UHGV virus genome: UHGV-0203063
DNA from: a virus
Direction: 5' to 3' (one strand)
DNA: 64,000 nt
Shown here: in pieces, positions 18,151 through 28,319 of the stretch
Layout of the letters: the number at the start of each line of letters is the position of its first letter
Numbering within the stretch: position 1 is the stretch's first letter
Notes under the pieces: generated by a model
The model's input: the letters and a program-made list of their open reading frames with translations, nothing else
Database searches by the model: none
Told to the model about the DNA's origin: nothing
Position numbers and translations under genes: made by a program

Positions 18151-19155
18151 TTAAATCTCAAAATCGTCGTCGTCAATCGCTTCATCGATCGCTTGCAATG
18201 CCGTAAATTTCTTCATCTGAATAAAGTGTTTATCCATTCCCTTCCATTCCATTTTGACGTGATAAGTATCAAACTCATCTTGCGTGGAAAGGTTATAATA
18301 ACAACATAAATTCTTACAATCTTCGGGCTGATCGGGGTTGTTCGCACTAAACGGGCACCAAGCGCACAAAATGCTCGGCGACGGTTTCCACTCCTTATTT
18401 TCGATTTTCGCAAAAAGCTTGTCGATTTTTGTAAGCCCGCGTTTTATCCCACCTTTTGTCAACGCCGACTGCCAAACGCCGTCTTCGCCTGCGAAAGGCA
18501 AATCATAACAACACTCGAATTCCGCGTCTTCTCCGTAAACCTTTTGCTGCGATAAAACGTAAATCACGAATTGTAACGGCGTCGCTAAATCCTCTTTTCT
18601 GAATTCCTTGTCTTTGGTTTTTATATCGTGAATTACGTATTTGTTCTCCCCTTTAACTTTAAGCAAACGGTCGATATAACCGAAAAAGGTGTAATTATCG
18701 TTATACTTAAACTCGAACGGAACTTCACAACCGACGATTTCAAGTTCGGGGTGATCTTGCATATACCATTCCAAACGATACATTCCAATCGCCGCGAAGT
18801 ATTTTGCCTTTTCTGCGTAAGTTTTCCCTGCGCGGCTTGGCTTTACCCACGCTTCGGGATATTTCTTGGCGAGAAGATTAGCTCCGAGAATATCCTCTTT
18901 TTTCTTCCCATTTTCTTGGGTGTGTAATTCGATATTCCAAAAATCTTCGGTAAGTTTTTCGTATGGAATTTCTTTGCCCTCTTTTATGCAATTTCCGATT
19001 GTTTCGAGGATGTAATGGCATAAATTGCCGTATTCCATTGTTAAAGCACTGTCTTTCGGGAAATGCTTTTGCTCGTATTTTAAATAGTAAGCAAACGGGC
19101 AACTCTCCATTTGGTTTAATCTGCTGTATGAAAATCTTGTTGGTTTTTTAGTCAT
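18151..19155 (-). CDS. PD-(D/E)XK RecB/Cas4-like exonuclease
   Basis: FSYSRL...CP, GNLCH.ILE, E..F, G.IDR, DIKT, Q..IY, C-terminal C.WC...C. Confidence 0.85.
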   Translation of the reverse strand: MTKKPTRFSYSRLNQMESCPFAYYLKYEQKHFPKDSALTMEYGNLCHYILETIGNCIKEGKEIPYEKLTEDFWNIELHTQENGKKKEDILGANLLAKKYPEAWVKPSRAGKTYAEKAKYFAAIGMYRLEWYMQDHPELEIVGCEVPFEFKYNDNYTFFGYIDRLLKVKGENKYVIHDIKTKDKEFRKEDLATPLQFVIYVLSQQKVYGEDAEFECCYDLPFAGEDGVWQSALTKGGIKRGLTKIDKLFAKIENKEWKPSPSILCAWCPFSANNPDQPEDCKNLCCYYNLSTQDEFDTYHVKMEWKGMDKHFIQMKKFTALQAIDEAIDDDDFEI

Positions 19156-20314
19156 ATTCTTTATGTTCCTTTATTAATTCATCATAATCAATATAATCAC
19201 TTATATCGAAATCCGATACCCATATTTTTAAGATATCTATAACATTGCAATCGTATTTGATGCGCAATAGATTGATATCGTTATCTTTACAAAATTTATT
19301 TTTTATCTCATCTCTCTTTTTTGTTTTCTCAAATCCAGATTTGCCACCAAATAGTTCTATTGGTTTATAATGTTGGGCGCCATCATATTCAATACATAAA
19401 TTCATAGATGGTATATAAAAATCAAAACGTAATAACTTTTTATTTTTACATCCTTCAAACGTCTTCTCCATGCAAAACTCAATTTTGTTTTCTGTTAAAA
19501 AATCTTTGATTTTTATTGCGTTTTTTGAATAATTGCAGATTGCACATCCGTATCCGCTAATTATTTCGTGTGGGGTTACCATCCACTCGGAACCGCACTT
19601 CTTGCACCTATGTAATGTTTTAACTTCTGTCCCCGCATAATTTCCAATTAACTCCACATTTGGGTTTATTAATGCAATTTTATTTTCATATTGTTCTGCG
19701 GTATATCTTGTTTTAATGCCGCGTTTTTGTGCCATACATTTGGGACAACTACTACCATTTAAAATATTTCGCGGTACGCCATTCCACTCAGTCCCACATA
19801 TCGTACATTTGTGTTTATAACTGCCTTTTAATTTTATAATTTCTGAGTTGTCTATATATTCAATCCAAGTTTTTAAATTTTGTAATCTACTTTTATACTC
19901 ATTTGCCGTTATAGGTAACCTACCCTTACATTTAGGGCACCCCGCGCCTTTTAACGCACCTTTTGGGGTTATGTTCCACTCATACGAGCAAACGTTACAT
20001 CTATGAAGAATCGGCTTGTATATATTTTGATATTCTTCGAGGGGGGTTATATTTATATTTTTCTTTTTTAATAATTTTAAGTATCCATCATTCCCCAAAC
20101 TTTGTTTTTTCGAATTTTTCAAAATAGCACACTTAGGACATCCAGACCCAGATAGAATATGTATCGGAGACGTTTCCCAAACGTTATCACACACCAGACA
20201 TTTGTGTTTTATTGATTTAGAACAATTGGTAAAATTTTCAAGAGGTTTAATTTGTCGATTATTCCTATTTAATTCATCTGTATAATTGTCCAAATTCCAT
20301 TTTTTTTGTGCCAT
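19148..20314 (-). CDS. free-standing putative homing endonuclease (four zinc-ribbon repeats plus Vsr/DUF2726-like nuclease domain)
   Basis: four HxC..C...W...P...L.G..CP.C repeats; LRFDFYIP...IEYDGAQHY...RD..KN.FC....I.LLRI. Confidence 0.8.
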   Translation of the reverse strand: MAQKKWNLDNYTDELNRNNRQIKPLENFTNCSKSIKHKCLVCDNVWETSPIHILSGSGCPKCAILKNSKKQSLGNDGYLKLLKKKNINITPLEEYQNIYKPILHRCNVCSYEWNITPKGALKGAGCPKCKGRLPITANEYKSRLQNLKTWIEYIDNSEIIKLKGSYKHKCTICGTEWNGVPRNILNGSSCPKCMAQKRGIKTRYTAEQYENKIALINPNVELIGNYAGTEVKTLHRCKKCGSEWMVTPHEIISGYGCAICNYSKNAIKIKDFLTENKIEFCMEKTFEGCKNKKLLRFDFYIPSMNLCIEYDGAQHYKPIELFGGKSGFEKTKKRDEIKNKFCKDNDINLLRIKYDCNVIDILKIWVSDFDISDYIDYDELIKEHKEYD

Positions 20315-23300
20315 TATTTTGTCTCCTTTGGCGGAAGTTCTTTAATTTGATACCACTTAAACCACTGCTCGAACTCGTTGGGGATTTTTTCGAACTGCTT
20401 TGTTTCGGGATTTAACCGACTTTTCTGCTTGCTTTCGGTGTAATAAGTGATAATCATACCTTTTATGAGCGGTTGCTCGGCGAAGGTCTTTTTGTAACAT
20501 TTGATCGTTTCGGTTTTGCCCGTATAAAGGTTGTAAACCGTGATTTTTGGTGAAAACTTTGTGTCAGCCGAACAGACGTAACCGTTGTATTTATCCCTCG
20601 CGTCTGTACTCTTAAAGCTCAAATATCCCAAATATTCCAATTCGGAAGCCAACCGCTCGGAAAGTGTGAATTCCTTTGGTTTAGCGTTCTCACAGAGGTA
20701 AGAAACGAGCGCAGCGGAATCGGTTACGCGATACTGCTTTTCGGTCTCGGTTGCGAATTGGAGAACCGTCTCGCGAGGAATGGTGCAGGCCTCTTTTTTG
20801 AGAAGTTTTTTGCCTGAATAAGTGTTATAAATATCGACGATCGATAAGAGCGTTTGCGGCGTTCCGAAACAATCGAAGTAACCGAGCTTTATCAAAATAT
20901 CCAATTGACGTGAATCGCCTGGGAAGTCTTTGAGCAGTTCGAGGAAATTGTCGTATTTCTTCATCTGCGAAAGCTCGTAAAGCGTGTCGGAAACCGAAGC
21001 ATTCATGTATTTTATGGATTCCATTCCTTTGTAAATGGTGTTGGTCGATTTATCCATATTGTAACCCGACTTCGAGTGACCGAACGAAATGTCGTGAATC
21101 TTTATCCCGATTTTTTTCGCATATTCGGTTATTGCCGTTATTTTCTCTTCTTTGTCGGTAAATGTGTTAAATGCCGCCGTAAGAAATTCGAGCGGGTAAT
21201 AATAACGCAAATAACCCGAAATATAACCGATTGCGCTGTACGCATCACTATGATTCCATGAAAACCCATACGAGCTGGCATCAAGAATTATCTGCAAAAA
21301 CGGTTTGATAACTTCTTGACACTTTTCTTTCGTAATGTCGTAATGGGTTGAAGAATAATTGATAAATCTCTGTTCGATTTCAGGAAGAAGCGTTGCCGTT
21401 CCTTTTTTCTTTGCGATTGCACGACGGACGTTATCCGATTCTGCCTGCGTATAACCGCAAAACTTAACCAAGAACATCATTATCGTTTCCTGCATACAAA
21501 CTCGACCCGCTTCTGGCGCGAGGAATTCATTCAGTTCTTCAAAGCCGTTGTCGTAAAAATCGCCGCCCGAAACTTCATCTCGGTAACTTGCGCATGCGGG
21601 GCGAAGCAGACCATTACCAAACGAGAACCACTTTAGATAAGAAAAGTTGCTCGTCTTTGCTTTAACTTTTCTTATGGTTTCATCCGACATAAACCTTTTC
21701 AAATAAGCCTGTGCCGAATTAGATTCCCACTGGAAGATGAGCGTTGTATCATCTCGAATGCTCTTCCAAACCTTTTCATCGTTCAAATCGACATTATCGG
21801 GGTTTAACCGTTCTATCCCTGCCAATTGACAAGTTTTGTTTATTACACCTATATTATCGAGTCCAAGTATGTCCAATTTCACGTACATCTGCCCATCGAG
21901 CCCGTGCATATCCAACATCGAAACTGGGTAATCGGAAGTCGCAATTGTGCATAAACCAACATCGGTTTCTATCGGTCTATCGCTTACTAAAACGCCGCTC
22001 GGATGCGAACCAATCGAAACGATTGTTCCCGAAACAATGTCAACATATTTAAACACTTCGGGGTATTCATCTCGCATTTTTTGTTCGTTATTTTCAACGT
22101 TATTCGAAATATAATCAGCAATTTTAAGATATTTGCCATCATCAGAACCATCGCGTTTTTTGTATAACGCTCGACAAACATCTCGAACTGCACCTTTAAG
22201 TGCTATTGTATTAAAAGTGATAATTTCGCTCGTCTTGATATTTGGTAAATTCATCTTATCGTGTAATAAGAAGTATTTAATTTTATCTCTATCGATCGAG
22301 CAATAATCGGTATCTATATCCGCGTTCGTAACTCTCGCGGGGTTCATAAAACGGAAGAAGTTCAAATGGAACTTTAAACTATCCATCTGTGTAATTCCCA
22401 AAATATAAGCAATCAGACTGCCCGATACGGAACCACGACCATATCCCGATTGAATACCATTCTGTCGTTCCCATTCACGGATATACGATTCAAGCAACAT
22501 AAAGTCGATTGCACCGACCTTTTTGTAAACTTCAAACTCTTCGTTAACACGAGCGACAACTTCTGCCTTTGAATACCGCTCTTTGAGGTATTTATTTGTT
22601 TTATATCCCTCATTAATTTTCTGCTTAAAGACTTTCTCTTGGTCATCATAAATATGAGGATATTTCGTGTGTCGGTCGAGTTCGAATGATTCAATCATAT
22701 CAGCAACAACGTTTGTATTTGCTATCGCCGCCATATAAGCTTCTTCGGGAATTGAATGTTGAGTTTGATATGCTTGAATTAGTTCGTCGTAAGTTTTAAA
22801 AGTTAAATCCCAACCTTCTTCATCTCCGAAAAATATATCTTTACCTTGTTGAAGTATTTTTCTCCCATCGGCGTGTATTAAATCGAGTGAATGGGTATCG
22901 GTCCCTGCAATAAGCCGCAATCCCGTCTTTTGCGATATGTTATATAATTTTTGATTGTAAGATATTTGGTCTTCTACGTTATGATGCTGAATTTCCAGAA
23001 AACATCTCTCTTGGTTCTGCATCATAAAACGCAAAAATCTTTCTTGAATTTCAGCGCTCGCGTGGTTTAAAATTCCGCCAAGACAAGCGCTCGTAATTAT
23101 TATATTGTCAGACGTGCCCAACAACTCGTCAAACGTGATTCGCGGCACGTAATAAAAGTGGTTATCTTTACGGTTAAATGATTTTGTCGCCAAACCATTC
23201 AGTTCATGCACACCATCAAAATTGCGAGCAATCAACAAACAGTGCCAGTTATCACGGACTTTCTCGGCAAGCGTTTCGGTGACATAAAATTCTTCTGCGT

Positions 23301-23517
23301 GGATATATTTCATTCCCGCTTTTTCTATCGCCTCTTTTTTCAAATCCCACGCGAAAACCGAGCCGTGTTCGCTCAACGCAAACGATTTCATTCCACATTC
23401 TTGCGCACGGTCAATATAACTTTGGAATTTTGTTACCGAATCGATGTTCGTAACTCCGTTCGACATATCGCTATGGCAATGTAATATCGTATAATTATTC
23501 ACAACTTCAACCTCCAC
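20314..23517 (-). CDS. dnaE: DNA polymerase III alpha subunit (family C, DnaE-type)
   Basis: PHP motifs HCHS, EHG, TDTH; GRGSVSGSL; catalytic DIDTD; HPSG; KLDILGL; YGFS..H..AY; LRYYYP.EF. Confidence 0.95.
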   Translation of the reverse strand: MEVEVVNNYTILHCHSDMSNGVTNIDSVTKFQSYIDRAQECGMKSFALSEHGSVFAWDLKKEAIEKAGMKYIHAEEFYVTETLAEKVRDNWHCLLIARNFDGVHELNGLATKSFNRKDNHFYYVPRITFDELLGTSDNIIITSACLGGILNHASAEIQERFLRFMMQNQERCFLEIQHHNVEDQISYNQKLYNISQKTGLRLIAGTDTHSLDLIHADGRKILQQGKDIFFGDEEGWDLTFKTYDELIQAYQTQHSIPEEAYMAAIANTNVVADMIESFELDRHTKYPHIYDDQEKVFKQKINEGYKTNKYLKERYSKAEVVARVNEEFEVYKKVGAIDFMLLESYIREWERQNGIQSGYGRGSVSGSLIAYILGITQMDSLKFHLNFFRFMNPARVTNADIDTDYCSIDRDKIKYFLLHDKMNLPNIKTSEIITFNTIALKGAVRDVCRALYKKRDGSDDGKYLKIADYISNNVENNEQKMRDEYPEVFKYVDIVSGTIVSIGSHPSGVLVSDRPIETDVGLCTIATSDYPVSMLDMHGLDGQMYVKLDILGLDNIGVINKTCQLAGIERLNPDNVDLNDEKVWKSIRDDTTLIFQWESNSAQAYLKRFMSDETIRKVKAKTSNFSYLKWFSFGNGLLRPACASYRDEVSGGDFYDNGFEELNEFLAPEAGRVCMQETIMMFLVKFCGYTQAESDNVRRAIAKKKGTATLLPEIEQRFINYSSTHYDITKEKCQEVIKPFLQIILDASSYGFSWNHSDAYSAIGYISGYLRYYYPLEFLTAAFNTFTDKEEKITAITEYAKKIGIKIHDISFGHSKSGYNMDKSTNTIYKGMESIKYMNASVSDTLYELSQMKKYDNFLELLKDFPGDSRQLDILIKLGYFDCFGTPQTLLSIVDIYNTYSGKKLLKKEACTIPRETVLQFATETEKQYRVTDSAALVSYLCENAKPKEFTLSERLASELEYLGYLSFKSTDARDKYNGYVCSADTKFSPKITVYNLYTGKTETIKCYKKTFAEQPLIKGMIITYYTESKQKSRLNPETKQFEKIPNEFEQWFKWYQIKELPPKETK

Positions 23518-23534
23518 TCGATAAAATTCCGATT

Positions 23535-23915
23535 TTATTTAGCGGGGTAAAAATCACACTTTCTTTTATCTCCGCCACAGGTACAAAATTCGCACTCTTT
23601 TGTACCAATGCAATAAGATTGGTCTTCAACTATATAATCTACGGGGGCTCTACCGTGTAATGCAGTATAAAATCCTTTTTCGTATTCTGTAAGGTAACGT
23701 CTTATTTTCTTGGTTCGATAACAATCACACTCTTTATATTTAGAAACATAAAGAATTAATAAATCTGTATCATCTACTTGCTCGACTCTTTCCAAGTCGA
23801 AATCCCCATAATCTTCCTCTATTCTTTCCTTTGTTCCATATGCCGTTGTATTTCCATCTATAACTTTAATATTCGACGCAGGAATAACTACGCTTAACCA
23901 ATCTTTTACCAACAT
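23535..23915 (-). CDS. hypothetical protein with Cys-rich C-terminus
   Basis: CIGTKECEFCTCGGD..KCDFYP. Confidence 0.7.
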   Translation of the reverse strand: MLVKDWLSVVIPASNIKVIDGNTTAYGTKERIEEDYGDFDLERVEQVDDTDLLILYVSKYKECDCYRTKKIRRYLTEYEKGFYTALHGRAPVDYIVEDQSYCIGTKECEFCTCGGDKRKCDFYPAK

Positions 23916-24367
23916 ATACTCTCCTCCTCCACTTCTACTTTCGCGTTTGCCCAGTTATACTCCAAAATCCCTTTATATTTTTTCGGTAATGCCACGACCA
24001 TTTCATTAACATGCTTTTCCAAGCCAATTATTTTTTTCTTCGTGCGATCAATTTCTTCCGAATATTCTCTATACTGAACTTTCATTCCGCACACAACCGC
24101 TTTCTCCTTACATTCTTCGGGGAAATAAGACTCAAACTCGTTTATCCTATCACGTAATTCACTCATCTGATTCTCGATACGGTCTTGTTTGCTGTCGAGT
24201 CGGTCTATTGTGTATAAAGCGATATAAAGTTTTTTGCCTTCTTCCGTTGTTTCGTAAAACTTTTTGTAACGGTGTGATAATACTCCTTCACTACAAAAAC
24301 AAAATGAAAACGCGGCTAAAGTCATGCCGCAAGCTGCAAAAATAATTATTTCCACTATTCCATTCAT
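23906..24367 (-). CDS. membrane-anchored coiled-coil hypothetical protein
   Basis: hydrophobic N-terminal ~25 aa. Confidence 0.65.
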   Translation of the reverse strand: MNGIVEIIIFAACGMTLAAFSFCFCSEGVLSHRYKKFYETTEEGKKLYIALYTIDRLDSKQDRIENQMSELRDRINEFESYFPEECKEKAVVCGMKVQYREYSEEIDRTKKKIIGLEKHVNEMVVALPKKYKGILEYNWANAKVEVEEESICW

Positions 24368-24661
24368 TTATTTTTCCTCACGATAAATATCAGTGTTATT
24401 ATGATAACAATACTCAAATCTTTTTGCGACCTCTTCGGGTGTTAAAAACCCTAGAACACCACCAGATTCGCACTCTTCTTCGGTTACGGCACCCATAATT
24501 TCTAAAAAGTCATTTTCATTCCCATAAGAAAAATTATGACAAACCGCGTCGCAAAGCGCCCCAATGCGAATTTGTTCTCCGTCCCAAATAGGTTTTCTGG
24601 TATAAGGCACTCCTGCCTCGTCTAAAAGTTTCGCTAATTTATCAATACATTCGCGTTTCAT
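24368..24661 (-). CDS. conserved phage hypothetical protein
   Basis: DAVCH..SYG.E...LEIMG...GV.G.LT..EV. Confidence 0.7.
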   Translation of the reverse strand: MKRECIDKLAKLLDEAGVPYTRKPIWDGEQIRIGALCDAVCHNFSYGNENDFLEIMGAVTEEECESGGVLGFLTPEEVAKRFEYCYHNNTDIYREEK

Positions 24662-25007
24662 CTTTTTGTCTCCTTTTCCGTATACATTTCTCTATCTCCA
24701 AAATCTCTATTCCAAGTCTATCCGCGAATTTATCTAAAAATTCGTTTAAATCTTCGATTTGATAATCGACGAATCCGCTTTGATAATCCTCTAATATATA
24801 GTAATATTCCGCCAAATAATCGTGGCGCCCGTAATCCAAAACCGTTGTGACTTTCTCTTCGTCTTCCAGCTTGCGATATAAGGTATAAATCGGGAGACAT
24901 TGCGCGTGATCTTCATCAGAATACAATTTCCCGTCGTGTTTATACGCTTTTACGAGTTTACTCATTTCGCCACCCTTCTCCGCGTTCAATATTTTTAAGT
25001 CGAACAT
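24642..25007 (-). CDS. hypothetical protein
   Basis: true start probably MSKLVK. Confidence 0.65.
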   Translation of the reverse strand: MFDLKILNAEKGGEMSKLVKAYKHDGKLYSDEDHAQCLPIYTLYRKLEDEEKVTTVLDYGRHDYLAEYYYILEDYQSGFVDYQIEDLNEFLDKFADRLGIEILEIEKCIRKRRQKDETRMY

Positions 25008-25287
25008 AATCTTTTAACATTGCCTCATTAAAAGACCAACCAGCAATAAATCCAGTTGTCGTGTCGTAAATACTGATTAAATGCCATTCATCGGCGGCTC
25101 CGTTGAAATCGAAATAATCCCAAACAAGTGGAATAGTTTTTTCTTTGTCTTCGTATTTTCCACTAAAAGCAAATCCTCTAACACCCCAACCAGCCCAACA
25201 AGCCGCGATATAAGCTTTCGGGAGGGAATTGAGATATTCCTTTGTCTCTTTGTTATTTTCCAAAACCTTCATAACGCCCTTCTCCAA
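24958..25287 (-). CDS. hypothetical protein
   Basis: ORF in operon. Confidence 0.65.
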   Translation of the reverse strand: MEKGVMKVLENNKETKEYLNSLPKAYIAACWAGWGVRGFAFSGKYEDKEKTIPLVWDYFDFNGAADEWHLISIYDTTTGFIAGWSFNEAMLKDYVRLKNIERGEGWRNE

Positions 25288-25295
25288 TTTTAAAA

Positions 25296-25730
25296 TTAAT
25301 CACAAAAATTATAAAAATATTTACAAAACAACACAAAAAATTCCGCTCTCGCTTCATCGGATTCTTTTATTGTTTTTTCATCATACATATAATCAAGTTC
25401 CATTTTGTCGAGTAAACTAATCATATGATCGAGCAATTCATTCGTTTTTCTTTCGTTTTCTTCTTCTGTTTCAGTTTCGAAGTCAAAGAAACCGACGAAA
25501 CCTCGATTATTACGATAATCCGTTAGAATTTCTCGCATAACCCCGATAAACCAACCGTCGGTTTCCCATAACGCTTGCGGAGCATAACCATGATTCAAAA
25601 CGAAAAATGCACGTTTAATCAAAATCCAGAAATCGCCAATATTTTTATACCAATACCAACCGCAATAGCCAAAAAGTCCAGCCGATAAATTGTGAAAACC
25701 TTTAAGCTTCTTCGTCTTTCTCTTTGCCAT
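25296..25730 (-). CDS. hypothetical phage protein
   Basis: 144 aa, GAGG RBS. Confidence 0.7.
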   Translation of the reverse strand: MAKRKTKKLKGFHNLSAGLFGYCGWYWYKNIGDFWILIKRAFFVLNHGYAPQALWETDGWFIGVMREILTDYRNNRGFVGFFDFETETEEENERKTNELLDHMISLLDKMELDYMYDEKTIKESDEARAEFFVLFCKYFYNFCD

Positions 25731-26748
25731 AATTCCACCTCTTCAACTGTTCGTTTTTTACCTTTTCGAAATATTCTGCGCCATTGTCGCACGGACCGCA
25801 TTTCGTCCATTTAATCGTTGGGTCGAGCTTCGTGTCCCAATACCAAAATTCGATGTCGCGCAACGCCGAAAACGACTTCAACAATTTAAGGTTCGTTTCG
25901 GTCGCTTCAAAATCCAGCCCCTCGTCGAGAGCCATAATCACGCGTTTCGGGTTGAGTTGTAAAATCAACTGCGCCTGTTTTTCCGACAACGAGTGCGAAC
26001 CGAGAGCGACGATGTTTTTTACGCCAAATCCGTAACTAATCATACAAGTCTTTTCCGACTCGACAATCCAAACTTCGTTCCCGTATAAATCGCCATAACT
26101 TTCCGAGTAATTAAAGAGTGTTGTCGACATCGGGGTTGGTAAAACGTAAATATACTTTGGAGTATATTCATCGTAATCATCAGCATTCAAACGTCCTTTG
26201 ATCCCCTGAACTTCGCCCGTCTCTGCGTTTCTTATCGGAAAAATTATCCTTTGGCTTTCGACATCATACCCAACATTGTAAAACCGCTGCGCCTCAATCG
26301 TAATCCCGTCTTTTATCCAGCGTTCGTTCGGCGTCATGTCGTATTGGTCAAGCACACTTTCGGGATAAGTCTTCACTTCGATTTCCGCGTTCTTTCGCCC
26401 GATTTGATTGTAAAACCCGCCAAATAACGGCAATTGCTTTTGCTTTACCCAATCGTCCGACAAACCGAGAATCTTCTGAATTTTCCCAACAACTGTGCGG
26501 AAATCAACGCCGCGTTGCTCCATAATGAACTGAATGATGTCACTATGAGTTCCTCGCGCGTAATCCGTAACCATAACGCCGTCGTTGTCGGTTAAGCGAA
26601 TTTGAATATTATTCCCACCGCCATCCGCGTCACGGGCGCACCGAATTTCACTTACTCGCGGGGTGATTTTTTCAAACCCGAATTCTTCGAGTAATTCGAT
26701 AAGCGCGTCGGCATTGGTTATGAGTTTTTCCTTTATGTCTTTGAGCAT
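25702..26748 (-). CDS. DNA primase (DnaG-like TOPRIM)
   Basis: RIIFPIRN, G.KGR, KY, LFNY, IVESEK, VALG, ALDEG. Confidence 0.8.
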   Translation of the reverse strand: MLKDIKEKLITNADALIELLEEFGFEKITPRVSEIRCARDADGGGNNIQIRLTDNDGVMVTDYARGTHSDIIQFIMEQRGVDFRTVVGKIQKILGLSDDWVKQKQLPLFGGFYNQIGRKNAEIEVKTYPESVLDQYDMTPNERWIKDGITIEAQRFYNVGYDVESQRIIFPIRNAETGEVQGIKGRLNADDYDEYTPKYIYVLPTPMSTTLFNYSESYGDLYGNEVWIVESEKTCMISYGFGVKNIVALGSHSLSEKQAQLILQLNPKRVIMALDEGLDFEATETNLKLLKSFSALRDIEFWYWDTKLDPTIKWTKCGPCDNGAEYFEKVKNEQLKRWNYGKEKDEEA

Positions 26749-26749
26749 T

Positions 26750-27115
26750 TCAGCCTCTCGTCCACTCTCCGTCTACCGTAACTTCGAAATCGGTCAAATC
26801 TTCGAGCTTACCTATTTTTAGGTCGTTCCCATAACCGACAAACTTGCGGTTACTGTTTATAAAATTCCCGCCCATTTTTTCGGCTTCGTCGATTGGAATA
26901 AAAGTCGTCGCCAAACACGCGGAATATTTTCCATCTTTTACCAATTTTGAATTGAGCGAATAATCGTCTATAACGAGGCTTGTTGCGTATATAACCGCCG
27001 TAACCCAATTGTCAAAATCGCCGTATTCGAACTTCTTGATATAATATTTACGCCCCGAATCAGGAAACAAATCGGTGAGTTTAACCTTTTTGGGCGTATC
27101 GTACATCGTAATCAT
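26750..27115 (-). CDS. hypothetical protein
   Basis: 121 aa, ATGA overlap. Confidence 0.7.
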   Translation of the reverse strand: MITMYDTPKKVKLTDLFPDSGRKYYIKKFEYGDFDNWVTAVIYATSLVIDDYSLNSKLVKDGKYSACLATTFIPIDEAEKMGGNFINSNRKFVGYGNDLKIGKLEDLTDFEVTVDGEWTRG

Positions 27116-27468
27116 TCCTCTGCCTCCGACGCAATATAATCGTATAACTTTTCCACTGTCGAAATATCTATCGGCGTCCCGTCAATTTCAGAGACGCATC
27201 CTTCTTTATAGTCTTTCCCGAAATTCAGGTCATATATGAAGTATTCAATCATGTTCCCGCTATAAGTTCCAACCTCTAACCCCATTGCGAACGAGAGCAA
27301 ATCAACCATCATGGAACATTCAGCGCCGTATAAACCGATTACGTAACAATCGTCATTGCACGCTTTCTCTATTGCCCCCGAAAACATATCGTCTTTGTCG
27401 CACGTCGCTTTTATCCGCCCAACGTACTCTACAAACTGCTCTTTAGTTAAGTACGGTTTTTTCGTCAT
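27112..27468 (-). CDS. conserved phage hypothetical protein
   Basis: IEYFIYDLNFG ... I.T.EKLYDY. Confidence 0.7.
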   Translation of the reverse strand: MTKKPYLTKEQFVEYVGRIKATCDKDDMFSGAIEKACNDDCYVIGLYGAECSMMVDLLSFAMGLEVGTYSGNMIEYFIYDLNFGKDYKEGCVSEIDGTPIDISTVEKLYDYIASEAEE

Positions 27469-27808
27469 TTTGTGCCTCCTGCTCCACTTCTTCCTGCGCC
27501 GCCAAATAAGCTTTCTTTGCTGCCTGCATTTCTTCTTCGGTGATTTTCCTGTAATAGTTAGTTCCTTTTACGGGAATAAGCATTCCGTTTACGAGCAAAC
27601 GCGAGAAAATTCTGCTGCCCAAATCCTCGATGACTGCGGGATTAACTGCTTCCGCATATACGGTCGGGATCTGTGCCTCTTTTGCGAAACCGATTACGTC
27701 TTCACGGGTAAAACTCGAACGACGCGCCTCTATCCGCATTAAAACGCGGTCGATAACCGCCTGTTGAACCTCTTTCGGGGGAACTTTAAAAACCTCTTTT
27801 TCTTCCAT
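27443..27808 (-). CDS. hypothetical protein
   Basis: start moved to MEEKE after AGGAG. Confidence 0.7.
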   Translation of the reverse strand: MEEKEVFKVPPKEVQQAVIDRVLMRIEARRSSFTREDVIGFAKEAQIPTVYAEAVNPAVIEDLGSRIFSRLLVNGMLIPVKGTNYYRKITEEEMQAAKKAYLAAQEEVEQEAQNDEKTVLN

Positions 27809-27809
27809 A

Positions 27810-28127
27810 TCAAATCTCCTTTTGGCGAGCGAATTCTTTGTAATCATCTATCGCCTTATATCTTATCTTTCTCTTCTCTGCCGTGCCAACAAGTTCGGGG
27901 TTGAGTTCTTGCACTTTGCGGCGGACACGCCCCACGCTTTCCATCGACGGCAAATCGCCATTCACCACGCGGCGCGTGATTTCCCAAAACGACGTCTTAC
28001 GCACAGAAACGCCGAGCGAATTAAGAAAATACGCGTACAACACATTGTCATCGTCACGAGCTTTTGATTTGTTCCTGAGAATCTCTTCTACTTTGATTGC
28101 TATCGTATTGAGCTTTTCTTTTGCCAT
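27810..28127 (-). CDS. conserved phage hypothetical protein
   Basis: start MAKEK; ARDDD..L and LPS.ES..R.RRK.QE..PEL motifs. Confidence 0.75.
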   Translation of the reverse strand: MAKEKLNTIAIKVEEILRNKSKARDDDNVLYAYFLNSLGVSVRKTSFWEITRRVVNGDLPSMESVGRVRRKVQELNPELVGTAEKRKIRYKAIDDYKEFARQKEI

Positions 28128-28158
28128 AATACAACCTCCAAATTCATTCTTCACCGTG

Positions 28159-28193
28159 ATTATACCATATCACAATCCGTTTGTCAAGCGTTT
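28159..28193 (-). promoter_or_regulatory. sigmaA/70 promoter heading the replication/early region
   Basis: AAACGC-TTGACA (28187-28182), 17 nt, TG-extended TATAAT (28164-28159). Confidence 0.9.
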
Positions 28194-28222
28194 GAGTTGA
28201 GTTTTTGGAAAAAATTTTGGAT

Positions 28223-28268
28223 AAAAAAAAGGAATACTGGAAATCTGTCGAAATCCAATATTCCTTTT
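28223..28268 (-). terminator. intrinsic terminator ending the structural operon
   Basis: GGAATA.TGGA ... TCCA.TATTCC stem followed by T8 on the minus strand. Confidence 0.7.
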
Positions 28269-28319
28269 GGGGGAAATTATAAATTATTCTTTCTTTATTT
28301 TTCTATATAATTCTAATAT

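Noticed and set aside
18151..19155. Cas4 as part of a CRISPR system
   Set aside because: No repeat-spacer array or other cas genes were seen; the context is a replication operon.
20314..23517. Intein or intron in dnaE
   Set aside because: The 1067-aa frame has continuous polymerase motifs and no splice-junction signature.
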